Source of the DNA: an uncultured virus (IMG/VR IMGVR_UViG_3300037067_013349)
Lineage: Duplodnaviria > Heunggongvirae > Uroviricota > Caudoviricetes
Strand: one strand, 5' to 3'
IMG/VR virus record: IMGVR_UViG_3300037067_013349
DNA: 64,000 bases
In this document: positions 31,418-43,417 of the stretch, one piece after another
Position numbering within the stretch: position 1 is the first letter of the stretch
How the letters are laid out: the number at the start of each line of letters is the position of its first letter
The notes under the pieces: model-generated
What the model was told of the DNA's origin: nothing
What the model saw: only the letters and a program-made list of their open reading frames with translations
Database searches by the model: none
Translations under genes and position numbers: made by a program

Positions 31418-32221
31418 ATGGCCAACTTCCCGCCGGTTGTGCGAATTGAGACGACGAACGCATGCAATGCTAAATGTGTTATGTGCCCTCATAAGGATAT
31501 GCGACGTCCAGTTCGCATCATACCAGATAATTTATTTAGCAAGATTGTTGACGAATGCTCCAGACACAGGTTGGCAGAAGTACATCTACACAATTTCGGT
31601 GAGCCTCTGCTAGATGCGGATTTGGAGGACAAGATAAAACTTGTCAAACAGAAATGTAGAGTACGCACTAAAATCTTTACTAATGGATCTTTACTGACGT
31701 CAGATAGGATTAACAGGCTATTAAATAGCGGGATTGACGAAATCAAAATAAGTATAGATGGTTCAACACCGAAAGAATTCGAGCAAATTCGGCCTCCATT
31801 AAAATGGTCTGAAATATATAACAATATTAAAGCCCTCATTGAAACTCGCAATATACTAGAATTAAAAACCAGAATTTACATTACTGGTTGCACTGGACAA
31901 AGCGTCAGAAATCTATTTGATTTTCCAATAGATTTCGCTATAGGACCGAAGCATAACTGGGGAGGCCAATATGGCGATGAGAAAGCTGGCAGATTCGTTA
32001 GATGTAATAGATTGTGGAGGACTTTCACGATTCTTGTTGATGGGATGGTAGCGCAGTGTCATGCAGATGTACATGGGCAGTATTGTTTAGGAAATATCCA
32101 TAAACAGACTATAGAAGAAGTTTGGAACTGCCCAGAATATAACACCATCCGTGACATGCATACAAATTCACGGCAAGCAGAATTAGAATTATGCCGTAAT
32201 TGCTCCCAATGCAGATCTTGA
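31418..32221 (+). CDS. Radical SAM/SPASM protein
   Basis: CNAKCVMC (CxxxCxxC), GEP, and C-terminal C...DG..QC..D...C..C SPASM/twitch motif. Confidence 0.92.
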   Translation: MANFPPVVRIETTNACNAKCVMCPHKDMRRPVRIIPDNLFSKIVDECSRHRLAEVHLHNFGEPLLDADLEDKIKLVKQKCRVRTKIFTNGSLLTSDRINRLLNSGIDEIKISIDGSTPKEFEQIRPPLKWSEIYNNIKALIETRNILELKTRIYITGCTGQSVRNLFDFPIDFAIGPKHNWGGQYGDEKAGRFVRCNRLWRTFTILVDGMVAQCHADVHGQYCLGNIHKQTIEEVWNCPEYNTIRDMHTNSRQAELELCRNCSQCRS

Positions 32222-32222
32222 A

Positions 32223-32666
32223 TTACAGTTTACTGGTTGCCAATATAAAAGGCCGTGCACTAGAATGTTTTTGACGCATGCCGCTTTGCCTATCGGCTGC
32301 AAAATATTTAATTTCTGGATGAAGACGCACAATCTGTGCTAGGAGATGCCTCAAATTTGCATAGCCGGGTAAAGGGTCGTCATATATCTGTCTGCCGTGT
32401 CTGCTTGCCCCCTTACCGATCCAATCAATCCAGGCAAGTCCAGAATCCTCATTTATTATTAACTCTATTCGGACTGTTATCCCTTTTTTCAAACCACGTT
32501 CATCTATTGATTCTGCAAAAGCCAAATAAGTAACGAAATTTAACCTGTCGCCCTTTTTAGTCTTGACTTCGTTGTGCATATAGGTGTTGTCGGGAGCAAT
32601 TTCCTCATACGAATCGACAACATCTAAATCCCATTGAACCGATTCTGATAGCATAATGAGACGCAT
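32223..32666 (-). CDS. Hypothetical protein
   Basis: 147-aa ORF; CAAAAATA motif 4 nt before the ATG. Confidence 0.55.
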   Translation of the reverse strand: MRLIMLSESVQWDLDVVDSYEEIAPDNTYMHNEVKTKKGDRLNFVTYLAFAESIDERGLKKGITVRIELIINEDSGLAWIDWIGKGASRHGRQIYDDPLPGYANLRHLLAQIVRLHPEIKYFAADRQSGMRQKHSSARPFILATSKL

Positions 32667-33660
32667 ATGCTATTTTTGAACTACTTCAGCCAATCCAAGA
32701 CTACGCTCTGCATCTTTATCGCGTACGAAAATCGATTCCGCCCAATTAGCACCACGGGTACTTCGTCGTCTGGCCGCAACTGCTGTCGGTGGAGTCTCAC
32801 TGTTTCGTTTCAGATGATAAAGCCCAGAGAAGCCTTCGATTCTATATAGATTCCTGCCAACATAAGTAGCACCAGTGAAATCTGCAATTGGCAAACTTGC
32901 TATATGATCGTTGTTCGTTTGTGTTTTAATTTGCAACTGCTTATTAAGGCGTCTAATTTCATTAGCGGCACTTACCATTAAATGATGAACAGCACATGGC
33001 TCACAAATGAAGCCAACTGAGATGTCACATTTACAACCACCAGCATCAGATATCATCTTGGCAGTCGCTATTAAATCGTCAGGTAGCTCTTCTCTTTTAT
33101 CACCAATCATTGGCTTATCTACTCACCAAGAGCCAGAGAGCCAGCAGCAATATCATGCTCATCATCAGAAGGAAGATTTTGAAGCTGCTCGCGAGTGAGT
33201 GATATATTATATCTTTTGGCAGCCGCTAGATGTGGGGCTATGCTGCTAATAAGCTCATCAACATCACTGCCATCGGCTGTGTGCCAGTTTTGTGATGCTT
33301 GCGGCTTATTCTTATCAGGGACGGCTCTGATGGCGTTCGGATCGGCACATTTAATACACACAATGCGTGCTGGCTTCCCGTGTAAACCATCAGATTCAAC
33401 AATGCCACCACCAAGCAGAAGCTTACCACAGCCGTCGCATTTCGGGCATACTTTGACAGCATAATTATAAAGCAACTCAATAGCGGTCACTGCTTCGTCA
33501 AAGATTTCAGATTCTGGTGTAGGTGTCCAGTTTTCGCCATGTTCGCCATCTTCAGCAACAGGATGTGCGTCAACACAATTGCAGCTTGGTTCAAGTTGCC
33601 CACAAATTGTACATTTATGGTAAGAGTCAGACCAACCCTTCAGACGTTCAATAAGATCGT

Positions 33661-33912
33661 TCATAGATTTAATCCAGGTATATCGATTCTATCAAATCCG
33701 CTTAAATCGTCGAGAGAAGTATTTGGCAACAATATCCATTCGTCGCCTTGTGATCTTGTCTCGACATATAACCGAAACAATGTGAACGCATGCTGTATTA
33801 TACGCTTCCTTGTAAATCCTGTCAAGTCAGATAATCTGTTCAACTCCTCATCAGCCTCCTTGGTCAATTTGATTTCGATTTTCACTGGCTCTGGTTTTGG
33901 TTCTTGTTTCAT
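33661..33912 (-). CDS. Ribbon-helix-helix-like DNA-binding protein
   Basis: KIEIKLTKEADEELNRLSDLTGFTRKRIIQHAF. Confidence 0.55.
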   Translation of the reverse strand: MKQEPKPEPVKIEIKLTKEADEELNRLSDLTGFTRKRIIQHAFTLFRLYVETRSQGDEWILLPNTSLDDLSGFDRIDIPGLNL

Positions 33913-33914
33913 CT

Positions 33915-35051
33915 CTAGCTCCATTTCTCCGGAAAATAATATTTTCGACCAGCAGACACATATGCCGTTTGATTCATTCCGTCCTTATAAGCACCATGTC
34001 CTAACTTTTTACATGATTTATAATGGCAATCTTTCATATTATCTGGAACTTCTATTGATATACCCCTTCTTACATCGCTGACCGCCGACCAAATCGCACA
34101 AGCAGCAGCCTTGTTTCGAGGTGCTGTCGCAACAAGTATGGTGGCATGCGCCAACGGGATATCACATTCCGGCCTCCCGACTTCTTTGGCCGCAATATAT
34201 GCAGCATGTGCTACAGCTGCACAAATCGGTGTGGCTGCTGCGTCTTCACAGGCACTGACAAGAAGCCTGCGAGCAATATATCTAGGATCTTCACCCGATT
34301 CGAGCCAAGCGGCAAGAACATATATTGCAGTATCTGGATCTGATGCTTGGATAGCTCCTTGATACCAGCTTGCGTAGTTGTATTTGTCGTCTTCTGAATG
34401 TCTGTAGTATTTAGAAGGTGCGATTTTCTGAACATTACTTAGACTTATAACCGGATTATAATTATAAGCAGCTTCTAAAATCGACAGCGCCTTTCTTGCA
34501 TCGCCACAAGCAATTCTTGATATATAAAGAACCGCGTCCTTCTTTATGTTAATAGAGTCATCGGATTCTTTGAGATGCTTAATGCCACTGACAACTACTC
34601 TGGCTATCTCTGACTCGTTAAGCGGTTCCAATGTGAAGATCTGACACCGTGACAACAGAGATGGTCGAAGGGTAAGAAAAGGATTGTCTGCGCTGGCACC
34701 AATGAAGCGGACACGTGAAGTTTCTAAATAAGGAAGCAAAACATCGGCTTGATTGGCACTGAGGCGGTAGCAATCGTCAACAAATACAATCGTATCGTCA
34801 CTAGAATCTAGAACTCTACGCAGTTCTTTGACTGTGAATGTGGTAGCATTAAATTTATGGATTGTATATGTCTGCTCCATGACATTGACGATGCTCGTCT
34901 TACCAATACCAGGAGCACCATATAATATGAAATTACCGAATCGATTAGATTCAATCGATTTTCTAAATGCTGCCCCGGCACCAGTCAAGTGAGACTGACC
35001 GATAACATCATCAAATGTTTTTGGACGTAATTGTATTGTTAATGGTTCCAT
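33915..35051 (-). CDS. rarA: Replication-associated recombination protein A (RarA/MgsA AAA+ ATPase)
   Basis: EPL..LRPKTFDDVIGQSHL, GAPGIGKT, SRCQIF, GDAR, GEDPRYIARRL, GHGAY; Walker B reads VDDC. Confidence 0.9.
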   Translation of the reverse strand: MEPLTIQLRPKTFDDVIGQSHLTGAGAAFRKSIESNRFGNFILYGAPGIGKTSIVNVMEQTYTIHKFNATTFTVKELRRVLDSSDDTIVFVDDCYRLSANQADVLLPYLETSRVRFIGASADNPFLTLRPSLLSRCQIFTLEPLNESEIARVVVSGIKHLKESDDSINIKKDAVLYISRIACGDARKALSILEAAYNYNPVISLSNVQKIAPSKYYRHSEDDKYNYASWYQGAIQASDPDTAIYVLAAWLESGEDPRYIARRLLVSACEDAAATPICAAVAHAAYIAAKEVGRPECDIPLAHATILVATAPRNKAAACAIWSAVSDVRRGISIEVPDNMKDCHYKSCKKLGHGAYKDGMNQTAYVSAGRKYYFPEKWS

Positions 35052-35351
35052 TTAATCATTCTAACCATAATAAACATTCTTCAGTTTCGCATTTACCCCA
35101 CAAGTGACCATTATAGCCGCCGTATTGTAAATGCAACTTTCCGCCACAAATTGGACAAACTTCAAAACTCTCCCAATCCACCTCACTATGTTCTCCGTTT
35201 TCTGCCGGTCCCATATGCTCTTCTTTTGCAGATTCTATTATAGCCAGGCATATAGGGACACAATCATCGTCCAAGCATAAATCTCGAATCTGATCGTGCA
35301 GCGATTTCATTTGAATATGAAATACGCCGTAAATAGACGGGAGGTACAGAA

Positions 35352-35957
35352 ATGTTCATATCATTCGATGGCGGTGAAGGATGTGGCAAATCGACACAAA
35401 TCGAATTAACTTGTAAATGGCTACGAAGCTTGGGGCGTAATGTCATATCGTGTCGAGATCCCGGCACCACCGAAGTAGGTTGTGCTATCCGTGATATTCT
35501 TTTGCACAGTTCAGATTTACGCATCGATCGTAAAACCGAAATGTTGCTTTACATGGCTGCGAGGTCCCAATTAGTAGAGCAAATTATAAGACCGGCGTTG
35601 CAGCAGGAGATAATGGTTGTCAGTGATAGGTATTTATTAGCAACCATCGCATATCAGGGATATGCTGGTGGCCTTGATATAGATGACATCAGAAGAGTCG
35701 GGTGTATAGTAACCGAAGAAATAATACCGGATGTTACCTTCTATCTGGACATATCGCCACAAGTAGCGTATAAACGGATCGACCGGCAATTGGATCGTAT
35801 GGAAAGTATGGGTATGGAATTCCATCAGAGGGTCCGAAGTGGATATCTAACTGAGGCTGCTGAACCGCAAAATAGAATCGTCGTAATAGACGCTACTAAA
35901 ACAGTGGATGAAGTCCAAGCAATTATACGGCCCCATATTTGTGATATTTTGAGTTAA
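35352..35957 (+). CDS. tmk: Thymidylate kinase
   Basis: FISFDGGEGCGKSTQ, LLYMAARSQ, SDRY..ATIAYQG, DRME. Confidence 0.95.
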   Translation: MFISFDGGEGCGKSTQIELTCKWLRSLGRNVISCRDPGTTEVGCAIRDILLHSSDLRIDRKTEMLLYMAARSQLVEQIIRPALQQEIMVVSDRYLLATIAYQGYAGGLDIDDIRRVGCIVTEEIIPDVTFYLDISPQVAYKRIDRQLDRMESMGMEFHQRVRSGYLTEAAEPQNRIVVIDATKTVDEVQAIIRPHICDILS

Positions 35958-36032
35958 ACTATATATTCATCTGTGCTATAAAGCTTCCGTTGGAGTCTCT
36001 ATTTATATCACCGTTTTAGCTAGGAGGTTTTT

Positions 36033-36380
36033 ATGAAGTGGGTTACAGGGCTGCTCGCTTGTCTGCTGTTACTCATCTCCGTTTCCGTTGCCAATGCCGG
36101 ATGGCACGAACGATGGGTCCAGGAAAAGTACCAAGTCAAAGTCTATCCGGCCCCCGTCTGGGAGAAATGTGACCACGGCTGCTGGCACCAAGTGCAGCCG
36201 CCTCCCTATTGGGAAGAAAGAACCAGAATGGTTCGTCAGGTATATTGGGTCGATGAACCGGTCTATGTCTCACCACCGGTTTATTGTTGCCCGGTCTACA
36301 CTGCGCCGGTTTGCGTGTACCCACAAACCTATTACGTATGTCCGCAGCCGATCTATTGCTGCCCGGTTTATCCGTGGTGA
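36033..36380 (+). CDS. Secreted Pro/Tyr/Cys-rich protein
   Basis: AGGAGG RBS; signal peptide ending ANA; YCCPVY repeats. Confidence 0.65.
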   Translation: MKWVTGLLACLLLLISVSVANAGWHERWVQEKYQVKVYPAPVWEKCDHGCWHQVQPPPYWEERTRMVRQVYWVDEPVYVSPPVYCCPVYTAPVCVYPQTYYVCPQPIYCCPVYPW

Positions 36381-36393
36381 CGATAGATTACCA

Positions 36394-36425
36394 TGCATGC
36401 CGGGAGGAATTCCTCCCGGCATGCA
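36394..36425. terminator. Perfect 32-bp palindrome after 36033-36380
   Basis: TGCATGCCGGGAGGAA|TTCCTCCCGGCATGCA. Confidence 0.65.
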
Positions 36426-38032
36426 ATTTAGGAATATAATATGTGTTTAGGAGTTGTTTTCGTTTTTGGCATCAGGTATTTTATTCTTGAAAGGCCATCT
36501 AATGACGAAACAAACCAACTCCCAGGCAGCCAAGAAAACGGCTCGGCGTAAAAAATCGCTGTCAGAGATTGTAGAGCGTTTTCTAATGGACCTTTTAGAA
36601 AACGATGACTTGCAATGTAGCAAGCCGAAGGTCATGTGGGCTGTCTTGAATAAAAGGGCGAAATTACCTCTTTAAAACCATTGTGTCGGTTGGCAAAATG
36701 GTCAGCTACTAAAGGAGAGACTGTTCGCCGCGTCAAAATCATGATGGAAGATTGAGATGTGCAAGACACCGCAAGAGCAGATCGAGGTACTACAGCAAAG
36801 GGTTAAAGAGCTAGAACGTTTTGAGCAGGCAATAAACCTTCTCGAAAAAGGACCATTGACATCAGTATCAGTTTTAGATACTGGTGAATATCATATAACA
36901 GTACAATCTGGAATAGCCAGTGTGTCTTTCACTCGCAGTGCTCCGTCTCTCGTCGATGCAATGATATCGGCAGGGAAATACTAACATCAGATGCCAAAAG
37001 TCCATATCACACAATGCCTGTGTCCTAGCCGCCATTGTATAGCTGCTTTAGCATGGGAGGAGCCAGATTTTACTCCCGAATCCGCAGTTGCAAAATTGCG
37101 TGACACTATCAACGAAGCAGTCAGCAAAAACATCATCCATCATCGATGCGCTATCTGTCAATCGACAGATCTATCATATGAAGATGGAATTACAAAGTTT
37201 GAATGTTTGCGAGAGGCGATGGACGACATTGCTGCTGTGCAGGCGGAAAATTTGAAAACAAGGAGAATGCTCGATGCCCTCAAAAACTAATATTGTTGAT
37301 CCGGAAGCTGTTGTAGAGCGGTGTATTGAGTTGAACACCACGCGACAGCGTGTATCCGAAACAACAGCACCGCTGACTATAGTCGCATATGACTGGGAAT
37401 CTTTACGCAATCAAGACAAAATTCAAGTCGCAAGGATGCCACATAGTTTTACTAAGAATCTCTTGTTCATGGGTATGATTACCAATATGCCCGGACATTG
37501 TTTGGTGATCGACCATGATGGAATTGGTCATTGGGGGTGTCACCCAGAATCATTCTTCGTTGTCTCAGAAGAGGAAGCATGATGCCTGGCCCAGTAAGCG
37601 ATTCATACGATCCAGTGTGGGGGACATCAGCGAACGCCGACATTGTGCGCGACGGCATTCAGGATGCAATGGAATCCATATCATGCGCTCTCGGTGGAAT
37701 GCCTGGGAAACCGGCACCGCTGCTCAACATCCTCGATGTTGCGAGATCAGATAATGGTCCAGACTTGGATGTGAAACTTTCAGAGCGAGAATTGAGACTA
37801 CTGCGATTCGCGTGCCGCGTTGCGCTGGAAGAGGATGCCATATGAAAATCACAGAAATCCGCAAAGCACGGCACGAAATCGAAGCAGAGGTTGAGGCCGC
37901 TAAAAATGCCATAGAGATTGCGAGAACTAAATGGAAGCAATTGCAAAGGCAATGCAAACATCCAAAGCTGCGCAAATATTCAGCATGTGGTGAAACTGGC
38001 AATTATTGCCCTGACTGTGGATATCAAGATTA

Positions 38033-38485
38033 ATGTACGATGTTCGTTTCGGACAGCCAATAAACGGAAAGCTGCTCGTATTAAGTAGATCTGCTGCAGC
38101 AGATTTCACAAACGACAAGCCTTGGGCGTGCATATCTATTGGCTCCGAAGATGGTGATTGGCCGAAAATTAATCGTTGTCAGTTAGTAGACATCCTACAA
38201 GTTTCATTTTTAGATCTCGATCGTTTGCCAGAATCATATGATGGCAATGGTATTTTAATTAACGACACTCATGCTAAATTGATTTGGGATTTTGTCGATT
38301 CAGTATGGGATAAAGTTGATTTACTGGTTATTCATTGCTTAGCTGGTGCTTGTCGCTCACCTGCTGTCGCTGCTGCAATAGCCAAAATAAAATATGGCGA
38401 TGACAGCTTATATTTCAAATCATATTTGCCAAACGCTTTAGTTTATAGAACAATGATGGAATATCACCTTCTCTGGAAACAATGA
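38033..38485 (+). CDS. Protein-tyrosine/dual-specificity phosphatase-like protein
   Basis: IHCLAGACRSPAVA (HCxxGxxRS), FxD, PN. Confidence 0.85.
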   Translation: MYDVRFGQPINGKLLVLSRSAAADFTNDKPWACISIGSEDGDWPKINRCQLVDILQVSFLDLDRLPESYDGNGILINDTHAKLIWDFVDSVWDKVDLLVIHCLAGACRSPAVAAAIAKIKYGDDSLYFKSYLPNALVYRTMMEYHLLWKQ

Positions 38486-39512
38486 AAATAGACTTATCAG
38501 AAAAACTGTGGATTGCTAACAGATCTAACCCAGATGATCTACGACAGCAAGGGTTGTCAGTCGATGTCCATAATGATTATAAACTGAATGGTGAGCGATT
38601 TACTTTCTGGCAGATGTCGTTCGTTGAAAGACTTGATGGTCGCCATAAAGTGCGACGTGCTCTTATCGGTGAAGGTAAAACAGACGCGGAAGCATTAGAT
38701 AAAATCCGTGCTCAATATGCAGAGATAATTGACAATCTGCATCATGCACCTATGTGCCCTGCTAATCATTATCATGGGACCAGGGCACCCACTGGCGCAT
38801 GCAGCTGTGGCGCGGTTGAATATCAGAAAGATAAAACATGATTCCAGAAGAGTTTGCGGGCGAAGAAGTTACAAAAGAAGATTTTATCCCCGGTACGAAA
38901 GAGCATCCGAAGGAATATGGTATACAAGATACCAAATCAGGCCAATGGATGGGCACCAGCGATTGTCCATTAACATTTGGAAAATATGTTCCGGCTCAAA
39001 TACATGCCCAAGCTATAGCAGAGCAGTTGAAGCTACCAATGGGCAGGTTCATGGCCAAACGCTTCACTGGTGCTAATGTCAAAGTTGGCGAAGAAGAAGT
39101 ATCGTGCAGCTTTGAAGATGCGTTGTCGAAGATTATGGAGGAATAACATGATAAAGCATAACCGCGAATTTTTGCATAGTCACGATCATTTAATACCAAA
39201 CATAACGCACGAACACGTTGTTGTTGATCGTACTGACTGGGAGGAAGCACGTAGAATCTTCGCTGGTCAGTACAAATCATATGAGTTCATAGTTTGTCTA
39301 GATGACGGTATTGATATAGAGTCAATATCAGAACCATTGCTGAAAGCTGGGTGCGACGACGGAACGCTTGCAAGTTGTGGAAATCGCGTTTGGATACGCT
39401 TTACTCGCAAAGCTGAATCGCTAGAGCAAGCCATCAGATCTGCAGTAAACGACATTCGTAGTGCAAAATGCTGTACCGTAGTTCGGATTGAAGTTGAACC
39501 ACATTAATACTG

Positions 39513-40127
39513 ATGATTTGGTTTTCTGCCGATTGGCATATTAAACACAAAGGCATATTGGAACATATGCCACTAAGGGCCACTGCGTTTGGTGATGTAG
39601 ATGCCATGTCTGCGCACTTCATTACTGAGTGCAACCGAGTGGTTAAACCGAATGATGAGCTTCGCGTGATTGGTGATTGGATTTGGGGAACACGATGGTA
39701 TGGACATTATCGTGCCCAACTAAAAGTCCGAAGAATTCATATAATCGGTGGCAATCATGACAGTCAATCATTGCGCATGCATGTTACGTCCTATAAAGAG
39801 ATCGACTATGCCAAGATTGACGGTATCAGATTTCATTTATTGCATTACCCAATGCTATCTTGGCGTGGCCGAGAGAAAGCCAAATCAATTCATCTTTACG
39901 GGCATTCACATACTAGGAGTGAAGATTTCTTAAATCTCCATTTTCCTGGTCGTAGAGCCATGGATGTTGGAATAGACAATGCTTTCAAGTTGCTTGGTGA
40001 ATGGAGACCGTTTTCATTAGACGAGATATTGGAAATATTGAAAATAAAGCGATGCCCTCTATGTAACAAGATCGATCCACGACATGACAGAAAATGTCCA
40101 AACCTCATCGTAAATGATGGTGAATAG
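39513..40127 (+). CDS. Calcineurin-like metallophosphoesterase
   Basis: SADWH, GD, GNHD, HYP, GHSH, DVGID. Confidence 0.9.
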   Translation: MIWFSADWHIKHKGILEHMPLRATAFGDVDAMSAHFITECNRVVKPNDELRVIGDWIWGTRWYGHYRAQLKVRRIHIIGGNHDSQSLRMHVTSYKEIDYAKIDGIRFHLLHYPMLSWRGREKAKSIHLYGHSHTRSEDFLNLHFPGRRAMDVGIDNAFKLLGEWRPFSLDEILEILKIKRCPLCNKIDPRHDRKCPNLIVNDGE

Positions 40128-40698
40128 AGTTCTTACCAAGAGCCAATATGCCATGCTTACTTTGATTGTGGAAGGCAATCAGAAGCTTGTGTATGATCTT
40201 ATCGGAAGCAATCATCCAACAGCAAAATGGTTTTGGCGTGAAACAGGATGGCAAATTGACGACAACCGTAGCAGATATGTAATAAAAGCGGCGTCGAAAT
40301 TACTAGACCATTTCCATAAACCATTAGGGATTGCAAAGGAATAATCTCTAGTATTTAATAGTTGTACGGAGTACAACGTGACTCACCGTAACAATACCAA
40401 CGATAATGAACGCGATATCCTATCTTTCGTTGATTCGAACAAAGTCGATGTTGAGGCTGGATGGCAACAGTTCATATCAACTCATATACAACCTGACCAC
40501 CTCTTTCGTTTAGCAACTGGTCAAGAAAAACCATCTAGTAAAGATGAGGCTCATTTGCTAACATGTACTCGGTGCCGTACAGTTTACCAAAATTACCTAC
40601 CTAATACTAGATAAAACAATTAGAGCGGCAAGGAAAGCATTCTCTTCATCGCTCAAAAAGCTTAAAGGCGAAACGTGGAGATCAATGTTGAAAAGCAT

Positions 40699-40771
40699 GG
40701 GCCAGTAGCACAATGGTTGGTGCAGGGGACTCATAATCCCTCGGTTGGGGGTTCGAATCCCTCCTGGCCTA
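40699..40771 (+). tRNA. tRNA with CAT anticodon (probably tRNA-Ile2, otherwise Met)
   Basis: Acceptor GGGCCAG/CTGGCCT-A, anticodon arm GGGGA-CTCATAA-TCCCT, T arm GGGGG-TTCGAAT-CCCTC; no encoded CCA. Confidence 0.9.
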
Positions 40772-40777
40772 TTTACA

Positions 40778-40798
40778 GTTCGAATCCAGCCGGGACTA
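40778..40798 (+). pseudogene. 3' remnant of a second tRNA
   Basis: GTTCGAATCCAGCCGGGACTA corresponds to T loop, 3' T stem, 3' acceptor strand and discriminator, with no 5' half. Confidence 0.55.
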
Positions 40799-43329
40799 CA
40801 GCCCATCATCCGAATTATGAAAAGTTATTATGTCTAAAGAAACAAACAAACGTGCTGAACGATGCGAATTATGTAAATGGTGGGATATCAAAAAGTTCGG
40901 TATCGAAATCGGGCACGACGATCGCGATACCGATAAAGACGATAAGCCACTCGAATGGCAGGGTTTTTGCTGCCGATTCCCTCCACAATTCATAGGCTCG
41001 CGTATGGGAAGTGAAGAATCTGTAGCTGGATGGCAATACCCAATAACCTACACTGATTGTTACTGTGGCGAATTCGCTGCTAAAACAGATGTCTAGAGCC
41101 AATGCCCACTTTGGGCTTGGAGCGGCTAATTGGCATGCTTGACATGCAAGGGAAAAACTCTTAGCCGCTACTTATAATGGAGGAAGTTATGTCGGCGACT
41201 GAAATCGATAACTTCTTTGATAATATGATGCTTCTTGTGGCCATAGGAATCCTCACCGTAATCTATGAGGTCGGGGCAAGACTATGGATAGCACATCGTT
41301 CTAAAAAGGCTAACTACAAAGATCATGTGCATCGAAATGGAGAGCCATATGAAGGCACCTAATATTATTAGTGTTAAAGAAATACGTACTTGGAACAGCG
41401 ATGCTGAATTGAATGGCAAATGGGTTCCGGCACGTCCTCTCGGCCTTGATACATTGGCTAATCGCATAAGACTAGCGTGGTTAGTATTTATGGGCAAAGC
41501 AGATGCCCTAATTTGGCCGGAGAATCAATGACAGTTTATTTGTACCCTTTTTCGTGCTAAAATGGGTACATGGATGATACTTGGACACTACATGCATTGT
41601 TAGATCCCTCCTCAATGTGTTCTGACCCGAAGAACTTCATCGATGAAGTTACAAGGGACGGCAGGAGGATACGAACAACCTGTAAAGTATGTGGTGATTT
41701 TGTCGGATACCGACCAGTTGAAGAAAAGCCCAAAACAAGGAAACGGTCATGAGCATTGAGAGGCATCCGAATTTTCACGCATGCAATTTTACCACCCAAA
41801 TCATGTCTGCTTATTATGAATCATTACGAGGCAAGGCTACCAAAGACAATGCACCCACAATTTCCGAAGAAGTGGTTAATTTCGTCTGCCATATAGAAGA
41901 AATGATAGATGAGGCAGTCGAGCGTGCCCCACACGGAAAATAACCGATGACGACAGCACAAGCTGATCATATTCGAAAGAGATTTCACGAGACGGAAGGA
42001 TGGGATATCTTCCAACAAAACGAAGTCAGATTCGCTAAAGCATTGGAAGCTCTTCCAGACGAGACGTTGATGCGAACCGTTAACACGTTTTGTCGTGAAA
42101 TGTTCGAGGACGCCAAAAAACAGGCAGAATTAACATGTCTGTAAGATATCCATTAGGATGGTAAAATGGCTGAAATCGACCACGAATTCACCAAAGAAAT
42201 TGTCTGCCCTTACTGCGGCTACGTTCATAGTGAAAGCTATGAATTTGGCAATGGCGCAGACGATGGCGATGATGAGTGTGGGAAGTGCGGTAAGAAATTC
42301 AGCTGGTCGAGAATGATATCAGTTAGCTACTCTACCTCAAAAACCGGGGAAGAGGGAGATGACGAGGATTGCGAAGACGAAGGCCGCGAAGATGATGGTG
42401 ATAATTGCTGGTGCCACGACCCTGACATGGGAGCAAGAGGATAATGCCGAAAGCATTCTATCGGTGTTCTTGCGGCAGGCGATGTGAAGTCAGATATATA
42501 GGAAAATGCAAGGAACCTCCAAAGGTCTACTGCATCAACTGCACAAAAGTGCGAATGCAATTGACAGGGTGTGTACCATCAGGCGACACGAAGATCAAGC
42601 GAACAGAGATATGACAACTGACGCAGCCCAAAATCTTGCTAATGCACGGATGTCAAAGGAAGATATCCTGAAAGTAATCGAAGTCTTGACAAGGACTAAC
42701 GATTGGAGCACGCGGATTGTCAACAATACTGCTGCATCACCTTTCCTTTTGATCCAGAAGGAATTTTGTGAGCTAATCATCTACTCGGATAGAGATGATG
42801 TTTTGTGGGTCTGCACCTATCCAGAGATGGACGATAGATTCCAGCTTGACCGGAATGATGACGGACACTGGACGATAGCGAACACACCAGCCACAACAGC
42901 ATTTATCACGCAACTACTAGAAGACCACTTTCATATGATTAGTGGCAAAACGACGCGAGGATAGCTATGGCTTTTGTGATGTTGATAATACTAGCAGTCA
43001 TAGCTATAGCGGCTGTGGGCACACTATGTGCAATGGATATATGCGGATGTGGTCCTAAATACCCGCAATTCAACACAAGCCACTCGAATAAAACGAAGCC
43101 ACCGGACAACCTCGACGCCGAAAGGGTGATTAACCTGTAACGTGGAGCGAGGCTATGACGGCAGATAATGATATCAAACGAGAACCAATGAGCGGCGAAG
43201 ATCACGCTGTCGTCTATGAGGCATGGCGAATTCTCTGTCGTAGTGCACATCATGCGGCTGCGACCGCTGTAGATAAGGCTCTCAAAGTTGATCTTGAACG
43301 GTTCAGGCATGCAATTGAAGGGTAAACAG

Positions 43330-43411
43330 GCCCCTATATCGTAATTGGATAACGAAACGGTCTTCTAAACCGTCGCCGTAAGGCTTGCAGGTTCGAGTCC
43401 TGCTAGGGGTA
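43330..43411 (+). tRNA. tRNA-Arg(TCT) with a long variable arm
   Basis: GCCCCTA/TAGGGGT-A; D stem TCGT/ACGA with GGA (A20); ACGGT-CTTCTAA-ACCGT; 13-nt variable region; GCAGG-TTCGAGT-CCTGC. Confidence 0.9.
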
Positions 43412-43417
43412 CTAAGG

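Noticed and set aside
40597..40995. ORFs 40675-40995 (+) and 40597-40809 (-)
   Set aside because: They overlap the tRNA(CAT) gene and the 40830 ORF and are likely spurious
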